Positions 9,367 through 18,867 of a DNA stretch of 64,000 bases are shown in pieces. The DNA comes from a virus (Duplodnaviria; Heunggongvirae; Uroviricota; Caudoviricetes): the IMG/VR virus record IMGVR_UViG_3300048850_000049, positions 55,864-119,863 of that record; one strand, given 5' to 3'. A program made the translations under genes and the position numbers. The number at the start of each line of letters is the position of its first letter. Position 1 is the stretch's first letter. The notes beneath the pieces are model-generated. The model was not told the DNA's origin and searched no databases. It worked only from the letters and a program-made list of their open reading frames with translations.

Positions 9367-11643
9367 ATGAACCGCGATATCATCGAACTGCGCGAGGTAG
9401 TTCAAAAGCTCGTTCCTCTGCTTTCTGGTAAAGGGTTGACGGTCACGCAGCGTGGCAGTCAGGCATATGTTTCAACCAACCCTCGCACGAAGCAGCCTGA
9501 GACCGTCAACATTCCCAATATTCCTGACTCCGCCCCGCCTGAGTTCGTCCAGGCGATCCAGGGCTTCATCGATCACGAAGTCGGTCACGTCCTTCATACC
9601 GACTGGAACTTCTACGGCGGCAAGGGCGGAATGTCAGTCGCGGATCTGCAGGATCCGAAGCGCCGCGCTTTTATGAACACGCACAACATCATCGAGGACG
9701 TGATGATCGAGCGGGAGATGTGCAAGACCTTCCCTGGCTCGGCTCGCAATATCTCAAGCACCCGCAAGTGGTTCCTTGAAAAGATCACCAATGAGGCTCT
9801 CAAGGCTACCAAGGATCCCAAGGAGCAGTTCCGCTACCTGATCGTCCCGATGATGCGCGCCATCGGCGGGCATGAGGAAATGCAGGATTTCATGGACGAC
9901 GGCAAGTGGTGGACGAATATCTACGTCCAGGAGCTGCTCACCAAAATGAAGCCTGCGACCATCGAACTCCTCAAGACCTGCACGAACACGGAAGAGACGC
10001 TTGTCATTTCCGAAGAGGTCCACGCGATCATCATGCCTTCTGCTGCTCCCGAAGCTCCGGTTCCGCCCAAGGAAAAGGAAGAAAAGAAGAAGGATGAGAG
10101 GGATGAAAAGAAAAAGAAGGGCAAGTCTGAGGACAAGCCCGAAAAGAAGGCTGACGAGGGCGACGGTGACGGAGAGCGTGATCATGAGGACACCAAGCCT
10201 GATGAGGACGGCGACGGCGATGCCAAGGACGACGAGAAGGATAAGGATGAGGAAGAAGATGCCGGCGCTGATGCTGGCGATGATGATGGCGCCGAGAAGG
10301 AGTCCGATGAGGCGGAATCCGGAGACGATGACGGCGACACGGATACTGACGAGCCGAGCAAGCCCGAGCCGAAAAATGCGGCTTCTGACGACGATGAGGC
10401 TGGTGAGGATGAAGCAGCTGCGGCAGGCGACGACGCCGATGACGACGCGGCTACCAGTTCAGGCGCTTCTGGTATCGGAGCTGAACCCGGCAACGCAGGC
10501 GATGGTGATGAGAGCGACGGTGATGCGGAAGGTGGCAATCCGCCGATCCGCACCGAAGGCGCCGATGGTGGTGGTGTAGGCACGATCGACGGTGGAGATG
10601 ACCACGAACGCCAGGGAGGAGGAGGCGGTGTCGGCAACGAGTCTGCCAAGTCCTTGTTCGACTATGAGGATGACGACTTTGACGAGGTTGATATGTCCTC
10701 GCAGATTGCGATCAAGATCTCCGACGAAGCCGTCCTCGCGATGGATCCCAAGCAGTATCTCGTATTCACTCGCGAAATGGATCAGATCCAGCCGGTCGAA
10801 GTGCCCGAGAAGATGAACAAGTCTTGGGTTCCGGCTATGGAAGACGAAACTCGCCTGATGACCTCAAAGATGTCGAAGGACATCGAACGCGCAATGGCTT
10901 CACAGAGCCACGTCATCCGCACGCCTGGTCACAAGACCGGCAAGCTGCACGCGCCGTCCCTCTTCCGCGTAACCCAGGGCGATCCGCGAGTATTCTCGCA
11001 GCGCCAGGAACACGTTTCAAAGGATACGGCCGTCTCGCTTGTCGTGGACAACTCCGGCTCGATGGGCGGACCCAAGATGAAGCTCGGCATGATCGCCAGT
11101 TACGCCCTCTCCTCGACGCTCGACCGTGTGAAGATCGCTCATGAGGTGATCGGCTTCACGACCGGCGGATACTGGAACGGCGTTCCCGACTCGATCCGTA
11201 GGGCAATGGCTGACGACGCTGCCAAGGCGGGCATTAACTGGGATCGGATGACGCCGATCATCATGCCTATCTACAAGTCCTTTGAAGAACGCATCACTGC
11301 AACGGTGAAGGCGCGCTTCGCCTATATGATGAATGCGCAAGCTGGTCTCAACGGCAACGTTGACGGCGAGTCCCTGCAGTATGCGGCTGAACGCCTGCTT
11401 AAGCGGCCGGAGAAGCGCAAGGTAATGCTGGTTCTGTCCGACGGACAGCCGGCAGGTTCCCACAAGTCGGGCCCTCACCTCTCGCATGTGGTCAAGGATC
11501 TGGAGCGCTTCGGCATCGAATGCGTCGGAATTGGCATCCTGGATGACAGCGTGAAGAAGTTTTATCCGAAATACACCGTCCTTCGGACTGTGGAGGATCT
11601 GCCTGGTCAGGTCATGGCCGAAATCAAGAAGATCCTCATGTAA
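9367..11643 (+). CDS. cobT: CobT-like vWA-domain protein with a long acidic tract
   Basis: C-terminal MIDAS motif DNSGSM (vWA); roughly 200-aa D/E-rich low-complexity middle; HEVGH motif near the N-terminus; paired with a CobS-like ATPase as in phage cobST pairs. Confidence 0.6.
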   Translation: MNRDIIELREVVQKLVPLLSGKGLTVTQRGSQAYVSTNPRTKQPETVNIPNIPDSAPPEFVQAIQGFIDHEVGHVLHTDWNFYGGKGGMSVADLQDPKRRAFMNTHNIIEDVMIEREMCKTFPGSARNISSTRKWFLEKITNEALKATKDPKEQFRYLIVPMMRAIGGHEEMQDFMDDGKWWTNIYVQELLTKMKPATIELLKTCTNTEETLVISEEVHAIIMPSAAPEAPVPPKEKEEKKKDERDEKKKKGKSEDKPEKKADEGDGDGERDHEDTKPDEDGDGDAKDDEKDKDEEEDAGADAGDDDGAEKESDEAESGDDDGDTDTDEPSKPEPKNAASDDDEAGEDEAAAAGDDADDDAATSSGASGIGAEPGNAGDGDESDGDAEGGNPPIRTEGADGGGVGTIDGGDDHERQGGGGGVGNESAKSLFDYEDDDFDEVDMSSQIAIKISDEAVLAMDPKQYLVFTREMDQIQPVEVPEKMNKSWVPAMEDETRLMTSKMSKDIERAMASQSHVIRTPGHKTGKLHAPSLFRVTQGDPRVFSQRQEHVSKDTAVSLVVDNSGSMGGPKMKLGMIASYALSSTLDRVKIAHEVIGFTTGGYWNGVPDSIRRAMADDAAKAGINWDRMTPIIMPIYKSFEERITATVKARFAYMMNAQAGLNGNVDGESLQYAAERLLKRPEKRKVMLVLSDGQPAGSHKSGPHLSHVVKDLERFGIECVGIGILDDSVKKFYPKYTVLRTVEDLPGQVMAEIKKILM
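10040..10690 (+). repeat. Coding low-complexity D/E-rich tract (about 215 aa) inside the cobT-like gene
   Basis: EEKKKDERDEKKKKGKSEDKPEKKADEGDGDGERDHEDTKPDEDGDGDAKDDEKDKDEEEDAG... Confidence 0.8.
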
Positions 11644-11650
11644 AAAAGTT

Positions 11651-11674
11651 AAGCGGGAGCTTACTTTCCCGCTT
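11651..11674 (+). terminator. Hairpin after the cobT stop (AAGCGGGA-GCTTACTT-TCCCGCTT), no downstream T-run
   Basis: 8-bp perfect stem. Confidence 0.3.
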
Positions 11675-11709
11675 GCATCCCACATCAGTTTTAAGTAAGC
11701 AATTACTTA
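11674..11709 (+). promoter_or_regulatory. Promoter variant (TTGCATCCCACATC .. TTTTAAG) plus palindrome TAAGTAAGCAATTACTTA
   Basis: Upstream of cobS 11750. Confidence 0.45.
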
Positions 11710-11749
11710 TGCGCAACGCGAAAGCGCTAACAGCTTAGAGGGAATATCA

Positions 11750-13054
11750 ATGAACCAGGTAGTTGAAACTGGTGCAGTCACCGCTGCACCGGACGGGAAG
11801 ATTTTGTGCCATATCGATAACGTTCGCGTTCACTCGATCCAGTCGCACATCCAGAAAAACCATAAGGGCTGGACGATCGAAAAGTATCAGGCCGATTTTC
11901 CTGGTGAACCGATTCTGTCGGACACTGCAAAAACGCTGCTCGCCAAGCGTGAGCAGGAAATGAGCGCCGCGGCTAGTGCTGCGCCGGCCGCTGCATCAGT
12001 TCAGGCGCAGATGGTCGCCGACGCGACCGGCATGTCCGCTCCCCAGGTCATCGTCAATCAAGCGTTCTTCCACGATCTATTCGAACTTGGCGCTGCACCT
12101 TCTGCGCTCTCGACCAAGGGTCAGCCCATCCCGGTCAAGACGCTCTCCGGGCATGACAGCCTCTCGGCCGATTACCTGCCCGAGATCGACAAGGCGTATG
12201 TGTTCAACATTGATCTTCTCAAGAAGGTCATTATCGGCTTGGAACTGAATATTCCCTCCTATCTATGGGGCTATCACGGCACCGGCAAGACGACGCTCCT
12301 GCAGCAGGCTGCAGCGCGCACCCGCCGTCCGTTCATGCGCGTCCAGCATACGATCAATATGCAGGAGTCGGACGTTCTTGGTCAGTGGACCGTGCGTTCG
12401 CGGCCCGTTGAGGTGGAGCAAATCGACCAGACCGGTGTCAAGCACATGGTTGTTCAGCAGCAGTCCGTCACCGAGTTCCAGCTTGGACCGTTGCCGCTCG
12501 CGATGATCAACGGCTGGGTCTACTGCGCCGATGAATACGATTTCGCGATGCCGTCTGTAACTGCGGTCTATCAGCCGGTTCTCGAAGGCCAGGCGCTGAT
12601 CATCAAGGATGCTCCTGCACACTTCCGCAAGATCGTCCCGCATCCGAACTTCCGCTTCGTTGCAACCGGCAACACCAACGGCATCGGTGACGAAACCGGT
12701 CTCTATCAAGGCACGCTTGTGCAGAACGCAGCCAACTATTCCCGCTTCGGCATCACTGTCGAGGTCGAATACATGGAAGCGAAGATCGAACAGGCGATCC
12801 TCACCTCCAAGACCGGCATCGACGCGGCGAACGCCTCGAAGATCGTCAAGATGGCGAATGAGGTGCGCAAGATGTTCCGCGATGGCAAGATCACCATGAC
12901 GATCTCGCCGCGTGAGCTGCTCCGCTGCGCTTCGCTCGGGATCGCTTACGGCGGTAACTGGACGCTCGGTATGGAGCTCGCTTTCGCAAACCGTCTGTCG
13001 CGCGTCGATAAGAAGGTTGTCCAGGAATACATGCAGCGGGTGTTCGGATCTTGA
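11750..13054 (+). CDS. cobS: CobS-like AAA+ ATPase (AAA_5/MoxR type)
   Basis: Walker A GYHGTGKTTLL; follows the vWA partner directly; RBS AGAGGGAA. Confidence 0.6.
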   Translation: MNQVVETGAVTAAPDGKILCHIDNVRVHSIQSHIQKNHKGWTIEKYQADFPGEPILSDTAKTLLAKREQEMSAAASAAPAAASVQAQMVADATGMSAPQVIVNQAFFHDLFELGAAPSALSTKGQPIPVKTLSGHDSLSADYLPEIDKAYVFNIDLLKKVIIGLELNIPSYLWGYHGTGKTTLLQQAAARTRRPFMRVQHTINMQESDVLGQWTVRSRPVEVEQIDQTGVKHMVVQQQSVTEFQLGPLPLAMINGWVYCADEYDFAMPSVTAVYQPVLEGQALIIKDAPAHFRKIVPHPNFRFVATGNTNGIGDETGLYQGTLVQNAANYSRFGITVEVEYMEAKIEQAILTSKTGIDAANASKIVKMANEVRKMFRDGKITMTISPRELLRCASLGIAYGGNWTLGMELAFANRLSRVDKKVVQEYMQRVFGS

Positions 13055-13056
13055 GT

Positions 13057-13710
13057 ATGACGCAGTATCGCGATCCGAAGGAAAGCCGCGCCCAGATTAA
13101 GGCTTTCGCTCACAAGGTTCTCCGCCGGGTGCATTCACTCGGCGCGAGGACGCAGACACTGGACGATGTTGAGGGCGAATTGTGGGTAGCATGGTGCCTC
13201 GCCTGTGAACGCTTCAATCCGGAAGCAGGCTGCGCCTTCTCGACCTATCTCTACACGGGTATGCGCCGGCACATTAATCGCTGGATCGAAAAGAATTTCG
13301 AGCGCTTCCACGATGAGACGGTCGCCGCGTCCCTAGACGCTTCCTATGGGTCAGAGATGTCTGAGGATGGTTCGGGCTCGACGCTCGGCGAGGCAGTCGC
13401 TGACACGCATATGCGTCAAGACCAGGAATACGAGCAGAAGGATTGCTTCGCTTACGCCCTCACCCGGTTGTCTGACCGCGCCAAGATGTTCCTGACCTTC
13501 CTTAAGGATCATCCGCCCGAGCTGATGGCGCAGATGAAGGATCTCGAAGCGAAAGCGAAGCACGCGAAGGAACTTGGCGTCACCTATGCCATGCCCAACC
13601 GTCTCACCAGCTTCATGATCTTCGATTTCATGGGCGCTACTCGCGTCGAACGGAAGCAAATTATGGACGAGGTTGCCCAGGTGGGGCAGCTGATTTCGAA
13701 CCAGGGTTAA
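13057..13710 (+). CDS. Sigma-70 family protein (region 2-like)
   Basis: ERFNPEAGCAFSTYLYTGMRRHINRWIEK resembles sigma region 2.1-2.4 (FNPE.G..FSTY....IR..I); start overlaps the cobS stop. Confidence 0.55.
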   Translation: MTQYRDPKESRAQIKAFAHKVLRRVHSLGARTQTLDDVEGELWVAWCLACERFNPEAGCAFSTYLYTGMRRHINRWIEKNFERFHDETVAASLDASYGSEMSEDGSGSTLGEAVADTHMRQDQEYEQKDCFAYALTRLSDRAKMFLTFLKDHPPELMAQMKDLEAKAKHAKELGVTYAMPNRLTSFMIFDFMGATRVERKQIMDEVAQVGQLISNQG

Positions 13711-13711
13711 G

Positions 13712-14260
13712 ATGACGACTATTCCTCAACTATCTCCAGGTTGCTTCGGCTCTGCCGTGGCGTTCAAAAAGGACGACACGGTATGCCGTGGCTGCAAGTT
13801 CGCGCAGCTATGTGAACCGGCACACCTGAATGCTCAAAAGGCTCTCCGCGATCGCTACGGCATCAAGACCACGCAGGAGGTTCTCACCGATCGAGCAAAG
13901 GCTCGTGCCGAAGAGAAGGCGCTGCGTGAGGCATCGCGGGACGCAGCTGCTTTGGTCCTGCCTAAAAAGACGCAGGAGCTGATCGATCGGCTGGATCGCG
14001 GTTCCTATGACGTGAAGGGCAAGCTCTCGCGCGGCGAGAATCCCTTTGGAGCATCAATGCGCTTCATGCAGATGGCAGCCCACATTCTCTTGAGAATGCC
14101 GGGCGATATCACCCGCGCCACGATCGCATCCGCCTACGTCCGAAAATTCGAATGGCAGCAGGGCACGGCTGACGCTCATGCGCGAATGGCAATCCAGGCG
14201 CTCGAGCACGTAGGCGCAATTATTAACAACGACGGCATCGTGTCGGTTCGGAGGAACTAA
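13712..14260 (+). CDS. Hypothetical protein
   Basis: Translationally coupled ORF with phage-like codon usage. Confidence 0.4.
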   Translation: MTTIPQLSPGCFGSAVAFKKDDTVCRGCKFAQLCEPAHLNAQKALRDRYGIKTTQEVLTDRAKARAEEKALREASRDAAALVLPKKTQELIDRLDRGSYDVKGKLSRGENPFGASMRFMQMAAHILLRMPGDITRATIASAYVRKFEWQQGTADAHARMAIQALEHVGAIINNDGIVSVRRN

Positions 14261-17200
14261 ATGCACTCAATTCTCGCAGCCCGCACTGACTTTTCAGTCG
14301 GTGAAAGCATCCTCACGACCAAGTTTCTCATCAAGAATGCGGTCGATGCGGGTGCCAAGGCAGTCGCGATGACGGATACCATGTCTGTCACCGGCATGAT
14401 CGACTTCACCGGCAAGGCGAAAGCTGCAGGATTGAAGCCTATTATCGGCGTCCGCCTGCGCCTGGTGGACAATCCGGAATGGCGTCCTGGCGACGGCGAG
14501 AAGAAGAAGGACATGCCGCGTCCCTACTTTCTGACGCTCTATGCGCTGAAAGAAGCTGGCATCAAGGCGATCTTCCGGCTGCTGACGCTCGCAAACGGCG
14601 CAAGTCGCTTTTATTACGAGCCGAAGCTCGGCTTCACGGATCTCTATGATGAACTGAGGGCCATCGAGGGTGACGAGTTGGCGATTGTCCTTGGCGATGC
14701 GCACTCGGTTCTGGAGCATCCTGACGCAGACGAGATCGTCCGCAATCTCAGCGCCGAGGTCACGCATCTTTATGCGCCGCTGATTCCTATCGACACGCCC
14801 TATTATGGGCGTCTTAACGAGATCGCCCTGCGGATTATCGCTGACACTTACGCCAAGCCGATTATCGTTCGTCCCGCCTTCTATGGTCAGGGCGAAGCTG
14901 ACACGCAGGAGATCATGACCGCGATCTCCGACAATCATAAGATTACCGATGGCTGGTTTAAGTCGCGTCACAACCGCGACATGCACGTCATGAGCCTGAC
15001 CGAACTCGTAGGTCAGATGAAGATTGCAGTCCAGCACCTTGAAAAGCGAGGCATTGTTGGCGCTGGCGCTGAGTTCAAGCAGGGGCTGCTCAACACGGGC
15101 GTTCTCGTCGCTGCCGTCGAATATGAATGGTCAAAGGCCGAGGTCTCGCTGCCTATCATGGCGCCTGATGAGTTCGCCGCTTTGCTGGAAGAATGCAAGA
15201 AGGGCTGGAAGATCCGCTTTGATGCTCCGGTCTTCGGACATCAACCGACGCCGGCCGAATTGTCGACCGTCTACAAGGAGCGGCTTGCCTACGAATTGCA
15301 GACGCTCAAGCGGCTCAACTTCTCGGGTTACTTCCTGCTCGTGCAGGACGTGGTGCAATTCGCCAAGAACAGCGACATTCTGGTTGGTCCTGGTCGTGGT
15401 TCCGTGGGCGGATCCCTTGTCGCTTATCTAATGGGCATTACCGAGTGCGATCCTATCCGGTTCGGGCTGCTTTTCGAGCGCTTCATCAATCCTGACCGTA
15501 TCGATCTTCCCGACGCCGATCTCGACTTCATGTCCGAGCGCCGGCACGAGATTTTCGAATACCTGGTCAAGAAGTATGGCGATGCGCGCGTCGCAGGCGT
15601 TTCGAACTTTGGAACGCTCGCTTCCGCCTCGTCAATCCGCGATGTTGGCCGCGTGACCAACATTCCTGAAAAGGACTATTCGGTCTCAAAGTTCGTGCCT
15701 AAGAAGAACGGTCAGAACATTCCCCTGCCCGACTGCCGCAAGGCAGTTCCCGAGATCGATGCGTTCGCTAACAACTATCCGGCTTTCTGGCCAATCATGG
15801 AACGGCTTGAAGGCACGATCCGCAACTTCGGACAGCACGCAGCTGGTGTGGTCGTCGGCGGAGTTGATCTTGTAGAGCGTGCCGTCATTGAACGGCGCAA
15901 GGACGGCTCTGTCGTCTGTTGGGACAAGCGCATCGTCGAGGATCAGGGCCTGGTCAAGATGGATATTCTTGGTCTTGTTACCCTCGATCTTATCAAGCTG
16001 ACGCTCGATTATGTTCGCGAACGTTCCGGCAAGCGTGTGGATATCAGCCGGATTCCCCTCGATGATGAGAAGGTTCTTGCGAACTTCGTCAAGGCGAACA
16101 CGACCGCGGTCTTTCAGTTCGAGTCCGGTGGTATGCGCCGGCTTCTGAAGGAACTCGGCTCGACCGGCTCGATCACGTTCGAGGATATCACCGCCGCAAC
16201 TGCTCTTTACCGTCCTGGTCCGATGGAATCGGGCATGATGGACAGCTTCTATCTGCGCAAGCAGGGGCATGAGACCATTGAATATGACCATCCGCTGATG
16301 GAGCCGGTGCTCGAGGAGACCTTCGGCGTCATCGTCTACCAGGAACAGGTCATGAAGATCTCCCAGGTGATTGCCGGCTACTCCGGTGCCGCTGCTGACA
16401 AGCTGCGCAAGATCATGGGTAAGAAGCTGCCCGAGGAAATGAAGAAGGAGCGCCAGAAGTTCTGCGATGGCTGCGTCGCCACGATTGCTTGCACCGAAGA
16501 ATGGGCAGGCGAGCTTTTCGACAAGATTGAAGGCTTCGCCGGCTACGGCTTCAACAAGAGCCACTCGGTCGAATACACGCTGATCTCCTACCAGGCGATG
16601 TGGCTCAAGACCTATCACGCCGTCGAGTTCTACGCGGCTGCCCTGACGCTTCTGAAGGAAGAAAAGCTGACTGGCATTATCCGCGATGCAAAGGCCCTCG
16701 GCATCGATGTATCCATGCCTGACATCAACATTTCGACCAACCGGTTCGAGATTGCGACGGACGCAAGGCTTGTGATGCCGTTCCAGCGTATCAAGGGACT
16801 GTCTCAGAAGGCGACTGACGCGATTATTAACGCTCGGGCGGCTGGTCCCTTCAAGGACAAGACCGACTTCCTCAATCGTGTGGAGAAGCGCGTCTGCAAC
16901 GTGAAGGTGCAAGGCGCTCTGGATCTTGTCGGCTCTTTTGCCCGCATCGAGCCTGGCCAGGTGGCCGCGAACGATCCGAGCCGCATCAAGGACCAGATCG
17001 AGCTCCTGCCCGGTCTCATCGCCGTCCATGTGCCTATCGATCATGAACTCAACCGCGACAAGGATACGAAGGTCGCGCTCGGCGAGCTGGTTGACGAATA
17101 TCGCGCAGCGCACGGTCCTGCCGCAACGGTCGCTGACGGATATCCGGTCAAGCCGTTCTTCGGCAAGGAAGCGTCTGCGATGGTGATCTCGGATGCTCCC

Positions 17201-17620
17201 GGCAATGAGGAAGATACGGGCGGCATCATGGGCTTCTCGATGTCAAACAACTCCGTCATCGAGGCGCTGGAAGAAAATAGCCTTGATAGAACGCATATTT
17301 ACTGGACGGCGCTCATCAAGCGTCCGAAGCGCGGCAAGCAGGTCACGCCTGACGAAATTGCGATGTATTGGCCGTATCTCGAAAAGGAGATCGAGATCCT
17401 GCAGCCGCCTATCATCGTGCTTCTCGGCTCGCAGACGGTTCGCCACTTCATGCCCGACTTCAAGGGCAAGGCGTCCGACATGGCCGGCAAGGTAGTCTAT
17501 TCGAAGAAGTATGACGCAAACCTGGTGATCGGCTTCTCGCCTGGCGAAATCTACCATGATCCGGACAAGCAGACGAACATGAATGAGGTCTTCTCCTCAG
17601 TTGCGGACATGCTGGCATGA
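14261..17620 (+). CDS. dnaE: DNA polymerase III alpha (compact DnaE) fused to a C-terminal degenerate UDG family-4-like domain
   Basis: N-terminal PHP (ILAARTDFSVGESIL..), GYGFNKSHSVEY polymerase core, HhH; C-terminal about 180 aa aligns to family-4 UDG (ISDAPGNEEDTGG, PIIVLLGSQ, GFSPGE) with GE->SD and HP->SP substitutions and no Fe-S cysteines. Confidence 0.8.
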   Translation: MHSILAARTDFSVGESILTTKFLIKNAVDAGAKAVAMTDTMSVTGMIDFTGKAKAAGLKPIIGVRLRLVDNPEWRPGDGEKKKDMPRPYFLTLYALKEAGIKAIFRLLTLANGASRFYYEPKLGFTDLYDELRAIEGDELAIVLGDAHSVLEHPDADEIVRNLSAEVTHLYAPLIPIDTPYYGRLNEIALRIIADTYAKPIIVRPAFYGQGEADTQEIMTAISDNHKITDGWFKSRHNRDMHVMSLTELVGQMKIAVQHLEKRGIVGAGAEFKQGLLNTGVLVAAVEYEWSKAEVSLPIMAPDEFAALLEECKKGWKIRFDAPVFGHQPTPAELSTVYKERLAYELQTLKRLNFSGYFLLVQDVVQFAKNSDILVGPGRGSVGGSLVAYLMGITECDPIRFGLLFERFINPDRIDLPDADLDFMSERRHEIFEYLVKKYGDARVAGVSNFGTLASASSIRDVGRVTNIPEKDYSVSKFVPKKNGQNIPLPDCRKAVPEIDAFANNYPAFWPIMERLEGTIRNFGQHAAGVVVGGVDLVERAVIERRKDGSVVCWDKRIVEDQGLVKMDILGLVTLDLIKLTLDYVRERSGKRVDISRIPLDDEKVLANFVKANTTAVFQFESGGMRRLLKELGSTGSITFEDITAATALYRPGPMESGMMDSFYLRKQGHETIEYDHPLMEPVLEETFGVIVYQEQVMKISQVIAGYSGAAADKLRKIMGKKLPEEMKKERQKFCDGCVATIACTEEWAGELFDKIEGFAGYGFNKSHSVEYTLISYQAMWLKTYHAVEFYAAALTLLKEEKLTGIIRDAKALGIDVSMPDINISTNRFEIATDARLVMPFQRIKGLSQKATDAIINARAAGPFKDKTDFLNRVEKRVCNVKVQGALDLVGSFARIEPGQVAANDPSRIKDQIELLPGLIAVHVPIDHELNRDKDTKVALGELVDEYRAAHGPAATVADGYPVKPFFGKEASAMVISDAPGNEEDTGGIMGFSMSNNSVIEALEENSLDRTHIYWTALIKRPKRGKQVTPDEIAMYWPYLEKEIEILQPPIIVLLGSQTVRHFMPDFKGKASDMAGKVVYSKKYDANLVIGFSPGEIYHDPDKQTNMNEVFSSVADMLA

Positions 17621-18243
17621 TGCCCCGGCCGGAACACTTTGTCCGGCTGGTGTCAGTGGAGCCGGAGAAGAAGACCCTGCTACAGAAGCTTGGAGATTTC
17701 GTCAGCGGGATCTTCAAGCCTGATACCGAGGCCGAAGATCGCCGCAACGCTGAATGGGCAAAGCTCCTAACGGCTAAGCAACCTGTGCCGCGGGCTCCTA
17801 TGCGAAGTCCGATGCTTATTCGGCCGCAGCAGGCGAAAATCTCAGGCAGTCCCACCAAGATTGGTTACGACGCCCCTCAACACCTGCCTGTCTGCGCAAG
17901 CGGAAACATCATTCTCTACGAGGACTTGGTTTTCGGAAGGTATTCAATGGAAGAATGGAACGACATGGAAGAGGAAGAACGCGAAGAGGTTCTCGAAGAG
18001 TGGAACGCCAACGTTGAAATGAGCGAACACGACAAGATTTCCAACCTCGCTACTTTCGGTATTCAGCCGCCCGTGCCTATCGATCCGCAAGAAGCTGCGG
18101 TTCGTCGTATGCACGAGAGGGCGGTTGCCAACAATCTCGCCCGCGACATGGAAGCCCACAAGAAGAAGCTGGAACTTGAGCTGGCAGAAGCCGAGGAGCG
18201 GGAGAAGCATTACACCGGCAACGCAATTTTCGGCGCGTTCTAA
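17617..18243 (+). CDS. Hypothetical protein with C-terminal AIFGAF tail
   Basis: ATG overlaps the dnaE stop (ATGA); ends ..GNAIFGAF. Confidence 0.45.
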   Translation: MMPRPEHFVRLVSVEPEKKTLLQKLGDFVSGIFKPDTEAEDRRNAEWAKLLTAKQPVPRAPMRSPMLIRPQQAKISGSPTKIGYDAPQHLPVCASGNIILYEDLVFGRYSMEEWNDMEEEEREEVLEEWNANVEMSEHDKISNLATFGIQPPVPIDPQEAAVRRMHERAVANNLARDMEAHKKKLELELAEAEEREKHYTGNAIFGAF

Positions 18244-18244
18244 A

Positions 18245-18275
18245 TGCGCGTCCCGAGCGCAGTCTCGCTATAATT
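18245..18275 (+). promoter_or_regulatory. Promoter (TGCGCGTCCCGAG .. TCGCTATAA), no palindrome
   Basis: Upstream of gene 18300. Confidence 0.45.
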
Positions 18276-18299
18276 TCACTCTCAACAAGGAAATAGAAC

Positions 18300-18866
18300 A
18301 TGACGACTCCGACGACGGCCGACGCCGCAAAGGAAGTTACGACCTATCCGGTCAGGGACTTTCTCGACGCTCATCAATTGAAGAAGGATCTCGCCTTCTC
18401 TCCCAACAACCTGACGGATGCCATGATTCAGCAGGCGTCGATGTTCTCGCATTATGGCGTGCTTGCGGCCGACGCATCCCGTCAGGTCGACGTGGTGAAG
18501 ATGCTGCTTGAGAATACCGAGGCAGCAGTTTCCCAGATCATCCGCGATGAAGTGGCAAAGGCCGGCGAAAAGGTGACTGAGGCCGGAATCGCAACCAAGA
18601 TCGCCCGTCATCAGCGCGTCGTATCGATGAAGAAGGCTTTGAACGAAGCCAAGCGCATCGAAGCCATCGGCAAGACCGCAGTTGAGTCCTTCCGGCACCG
18701 GCGTGACATGCTGGTGCAGCTCGGGCTCATCAGCCGTGAAGAAATGAAGGGTGAGCTTCGGATCGGCGAAAAGTCGGCCCGTGAACAGGCGGCCGAGACG
18801 TCCAAGGAGCTTGCTCTTTCGCGCCTTGCCCGGAAGAACACCGTAAGCGAAAATTCTGACAATTAA
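18300..18866 (+). CDS. Hypothetical protein
   Basis: Preceded by the GCTATAA promoter motif and an RBS. Confidence 0.45.
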   Translation: MTTPTTADAAKEVTTYPVRDFLDAHQLKKDLAFSPNNLTDAMIQQASMFSHYGVLAADASRQVDVVKMLLENTEAAVSQIIRDEVAKAGEKVTEAGIATKIARHQRVVSMKKALNEAKRIEAIGKTAVESFRHRRDMLVQLGLISREEMKGELRIGEKSAREQAAETSKELALSRLARKNTVSENSDN

Positions 18867-18867
18867 G

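Noticed and set aside
9754-10649. Minus-strand ORFs across the cobT acidic tract (143, 155 aa)
   Set aside because: Antisense of the GA-rich codon repeats (Leu/Ser/Phe-rich translation); artefact.
14294-17113. Long minus-strand ORFs (247 and 475 aa) inside dnaE
   Set aside because: Antisense open frames are typical of high-GC coding DNA. The + frame carries unambiguous PHP and DnaE motifs.
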